Of a DNA stretch of 64,000 nucleotides, positions 60,779 to 64,000 are shown piece by piece. The DNA is from Lepidodermella squamata. Lineage: Eukaryota > Animalia > Gastrotricha. The DNA lies in assembly GCA_047495785.1 (NCBI GenBank), contig JBLDXI010000013.1, positions 2,356,001 to 2,420,000 on the forward strand, read 5' to 3'. The notes beneath the pieces were generated by a model that had not been told where the DNA came from, did not search any database, and worked only from the letters and a program-made list of their open reading frames with translations. Numbering within the stretch: the first letter of the stretch is position 1; each line of letters opens with the position of its first letter. The position numbers were made by a program, and so were the translations under genes.

Positions 60779-61947
60779 ATGACCGTCGTTCAGTTGAAAT
60801 GGGGTATAATCGGCTGCGGGGCTATCAGTAACGATTTCGCCCTAGCGATTCATCGACTGAAATCACCCCGCCACAAATTGGTTGGCGCTGCCTCGAGATC
60901 TTCGGCAGAATCGGCTAAAAAATTCGCCGCTCGTTTCAAAATGCCGAAATTTTTCGGGTCTTACGAGGAATTATTCGCTGACCCTGAAATAAGTTCGTCC
61001 GCAATTGAGTAAAAGTAGTATTTAGAGCTGTTTTTTCAGATGCCGTTTATATCGGAAATCTGAACCCAGACCATCTGACGGCGGCCTTAGCTGCTATTGA
61101 GGCTGGGAAGGCGGCTCTTGTCGAGAAACCACTGACAATGAATCTGGAGGATGATAGGAAAATTTTCGAAGCTGCTAAGAACAAGGGTGTTCTCGTTATG
61201 GAAGCCGTTTGGTCGAGATTCAACCCGGTTTACGAGCGAATTCGTCAATTATTGAAGGAAGGCTGCCACAAACCGGCGGCTGTTTCAGCAAATTTCACTT
61301 GTGAAATAAACACTGATCGTATCGCAAAACCAGAATTGGGGTGAATTTTCGTACTAAAATATTTTTTTAATTATTTTTATTTTAATTTTATCAGGGGCAG
61401 TGCAATGCTTGATATCGGAATTTACTGCCTACAGCTGGCCACCATGGTTTTTGGTTATCAGGCCCCGACAGCAATTCATGCAATTGGGGCTGTCAATGAA
61501 TTTGGTGTCGATGTTGCTGAAAGCGTGTCGCTGGAATATCCCGAAGGTGGCCATGCCTCGTTATTGGTTGACAAACGTACAGGGTCTTGGAGCTCATGTG
61601 AGGCCCGGGTGTTTTTCCGCAGCGGCGCCGAGTTCACATCTGCTAAAATTTGTGCACCTTTCTGGGCGCCAACTCGGCTCGAATTGACCCGAGCTGATGG
61701 CACTAGCGTGGTAGAGGATTATCCCATTTACCCGAATTTGGCTGATGATGATGGTCTGGATTTTGTTTTCGTAAACAGTCAAGCTCTAGCGTACGAAGCG
61801 GAAGGATTCGCCGATGCGTTTGAAAAGTGGATGGCTTCAAAAGGCTCCGCGAACCCTGCTATCGAACACCCTCTTCGGACTCATGGTGATACACTAATTG
61901 ATGCTGCTGTAATGGAAGAAATAATTTCTCAAGTGAGGAAAAATTAG
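60779..61947 (+). CDS. DHDH: DHDH-like paralog 3
   Basis: LKWGIIGCGAISNDF, ALVEKPL, EAVWSRFNP, AMLDIGIY and LAYEA; same two intron positions as paralog 2. Confidence 0.92.
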
Positions 61948-62304
61948 CCTCTCAATTAATATTTTACTCTGAACTTCTTTCGTGAAGATATTGCATCAGA
62001 TATATTCGAAACACAATAAATTCGATGTTTCATCTTCAACTGACTTTTTCTGACTCTAAGTTAATAACGGCTTTAAAAACCATTTGTCAAGGCATGGTTA
62101 CCAAGGTTCACGAGTGCCTCTAAAATGAAAAATGAAACGTTATTGTAATTAAATGTAATTTTCTTTAGTTCGAATGACATTTCAATGATCGACAATTATA
62201 AAATAATCGAGGTCTGTGCTAATTAAGTGTATCATAGAGTATACCTATTGGAACTTATGATTTTATTTCATTGCTCATGGGCCCATGGACTCATTGCAGC
62301 TCCT

Positions 62305-62557
62305 CCCAACATCGGCGCCGAACAAAATGTTGGCCAAACTAAGACGATAAAATGAATGCATTAGACGAAGTTGGCCGAACATTTTTAAGGACTCCGATCT
62401 CAAGACGTTCGCCCAGGTTCGACCAGGCCAAACTGGCGTCGACTAGGTTCAACTAACCGGTGCCGAAAGTTTCAAACTTCAAACAGGCCAAAACAGCTTC
62501 GGCTAGGTTTGACCAAGCTAGGTTCGAATAGGTTCGACTAACCGGTGCCGATATGGG
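62305..62557. repeat. Possible small non-autonomous element with ggttcgac sub-repeats
   Basis: Weak terminal inverted similarity (cccaacatcggcgccg / cggtgccgatatggg) and repeated ggttcgac(t/c)a and actaaccggtgccga units. Confidence 0.35.
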
Positions 62558-64000
62558 TCGTGATTCGATCAAGAGTTGGATAACGTGAATTTTCTGTTGA
62601 CCAATCAAGAAACCGAGACGAAGTTGCGGAGAAGCTGACTGCTTCAACCTTGGGGTGCCACTGCCCAGCGAGCTTTGAATGCTTCCTCGTCACTGCCACC
62701 AGAGCGAATAAGTAATGATTCTCAGTCTTGATGCATTGCACATTTTATTCAGGAGGATTTTAAATGGCGGTATCAAAACCTTCGCAGAACAGTTTTTATT
62801 CGACTGCATTTCGTGATATCAATCGATATTAGAACCCATTATACTTCGACTGATTAAAATTAAATTATCCGTATCAAACATGGTCAATTCTTTATAACTT
62901 GTGCGGCGGCATGATTACAATTTTTGTTTTTCCAGGAGTTTCAACTTGCCGCAAAAGCGGACAATAAACTAATTAGGATTAGGATAGTTTTGACCAATAC
63001 TTACGTCAACGTGGGCAAGAGCAGTAGAAACATGCTGTGTTCTCGCTCGTTAAATCTTGGCAGTCCATGTGATTTCAATCAGCTCTTCGTAAAATGACTT
63101 GATTCAGACTCCAGATACTCGATATGAATTCATCAAGCCTATCACAGGACACTTAACAATAAGAAAACCGCAAACAAACATGCAAACAAACGCCTTCCTC
63201 ACAAAGATATCGACACTCAACGTCTATTGACAATCTTCATTCTCAAGGGCTCTGTTAATTTAATCTGAAACAGTTAATCTGTTAACAGTTAATAGTTAAC
63301 AGTTAGTTGCTCTGTTAATCTGAAACAGCTGTTTCCTAAATTTCTCACTGTTCATTCAATATCGAGGGATTCAATTCCATTATTTTATTGGTAAATTTCA
63401 ATTGGCTTCAGACTGAAAGAATTCTGAGCGAATCCCGTTGAGCTTTTAAGCCGTTTCATTCACATAAGCTACAGCAGAACTGAACTATAAGTCAAACAAT
63501 ATTAGCTCCTGCATGATTCCTTCGATTCTTGATAGAATCCGAGGTCGGGACCCGGTTAAGAAATCAGGTCTCGGACTGAAAACTTGAGATCAAAACTCTC
63601 AAAATCCTGCAGTATCCACAAATCTCCTACGACACAAAAACATTTATTTATTACCCAAAATTGTCAATTTGTTTTTTTAATGTTGTTTTAGCAATGAAAT
63701 TAGTTACTTATTGAATAAGATTTTCAGTTTTGACATTTAATTTTTCGAAAATATTTGGCGCTGATGTGGCGTCTTCTGCGTGATTTTAGGTAGTGAGTTG
63801 GAAACCTTCCAAGTCATCTTTAATTTTATGTTAGTCCTGTTCAGATACCATTGTTCTTGATGCCAGATGTCAAATGACATTCGCTTTATGCAGTTGATCG
63901 CGTAAAAGCCAAACTGAGTTCGCTGTAGAGGCGAGAAGCGATGATCTAGAGTGAACGAGACCGACCTATGACGTACCCTTTACCCTTGGTCCATCGTAAA

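Noticed and set aside
63250-63335. Repeated gttaa/ctgttaatctgaaacag units
   Set aside because: Short degenerate simple repeat with no spacer structure. Not CRISPR-like, and the DNA is eukaryotic.

Overview
AT-rich, gene-dense animal genomic DNA with short (~45-65 nt) GT-AG introns. The combination of RAR and a temptin-monooxygenase fusion suggests a spiralian/lophotrochozoan invertebrate (inference; the species is not identified). All gene models were spliced by hand, since most are split across several ORFs in the supplied track. Left to right: the 3' end of a GH18 chitinase; a MULE transposon with TIRs, a 9-bp TSD and a frameshifted transposase; an orphan type-I membrane protein; an inverted chitinase pseudogene fragment; a temptin + copper monooxygenase; then a 14-kb array of 13 small GPI-type three-finger (Ly6/uPAR-like) genes in two divergent arms with an intact GH18 chitinase embedded. 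After that come a retinoic acid receptor with a strongly degenerate ligand-binding domain, alpha-catulin, a decayed zone (mucin and Cys-rich fragments, MITE, LINE), RPS7, AMDHD2, BAG1, a RhoGAP, an orphan gene and three tandem DHDH paralogs. The best candidate for an undescribed system is the three-finger array. Its proteins have a 12-Cys scaffold with a very short loop II, and 11 of 13 carry a Trp-rich amphipathic insertion (PWxW(I/V)(W/L)xQ(L/I/F)) plus an extra disulfide in loop III. One paralog has lost both extra cysteines together.
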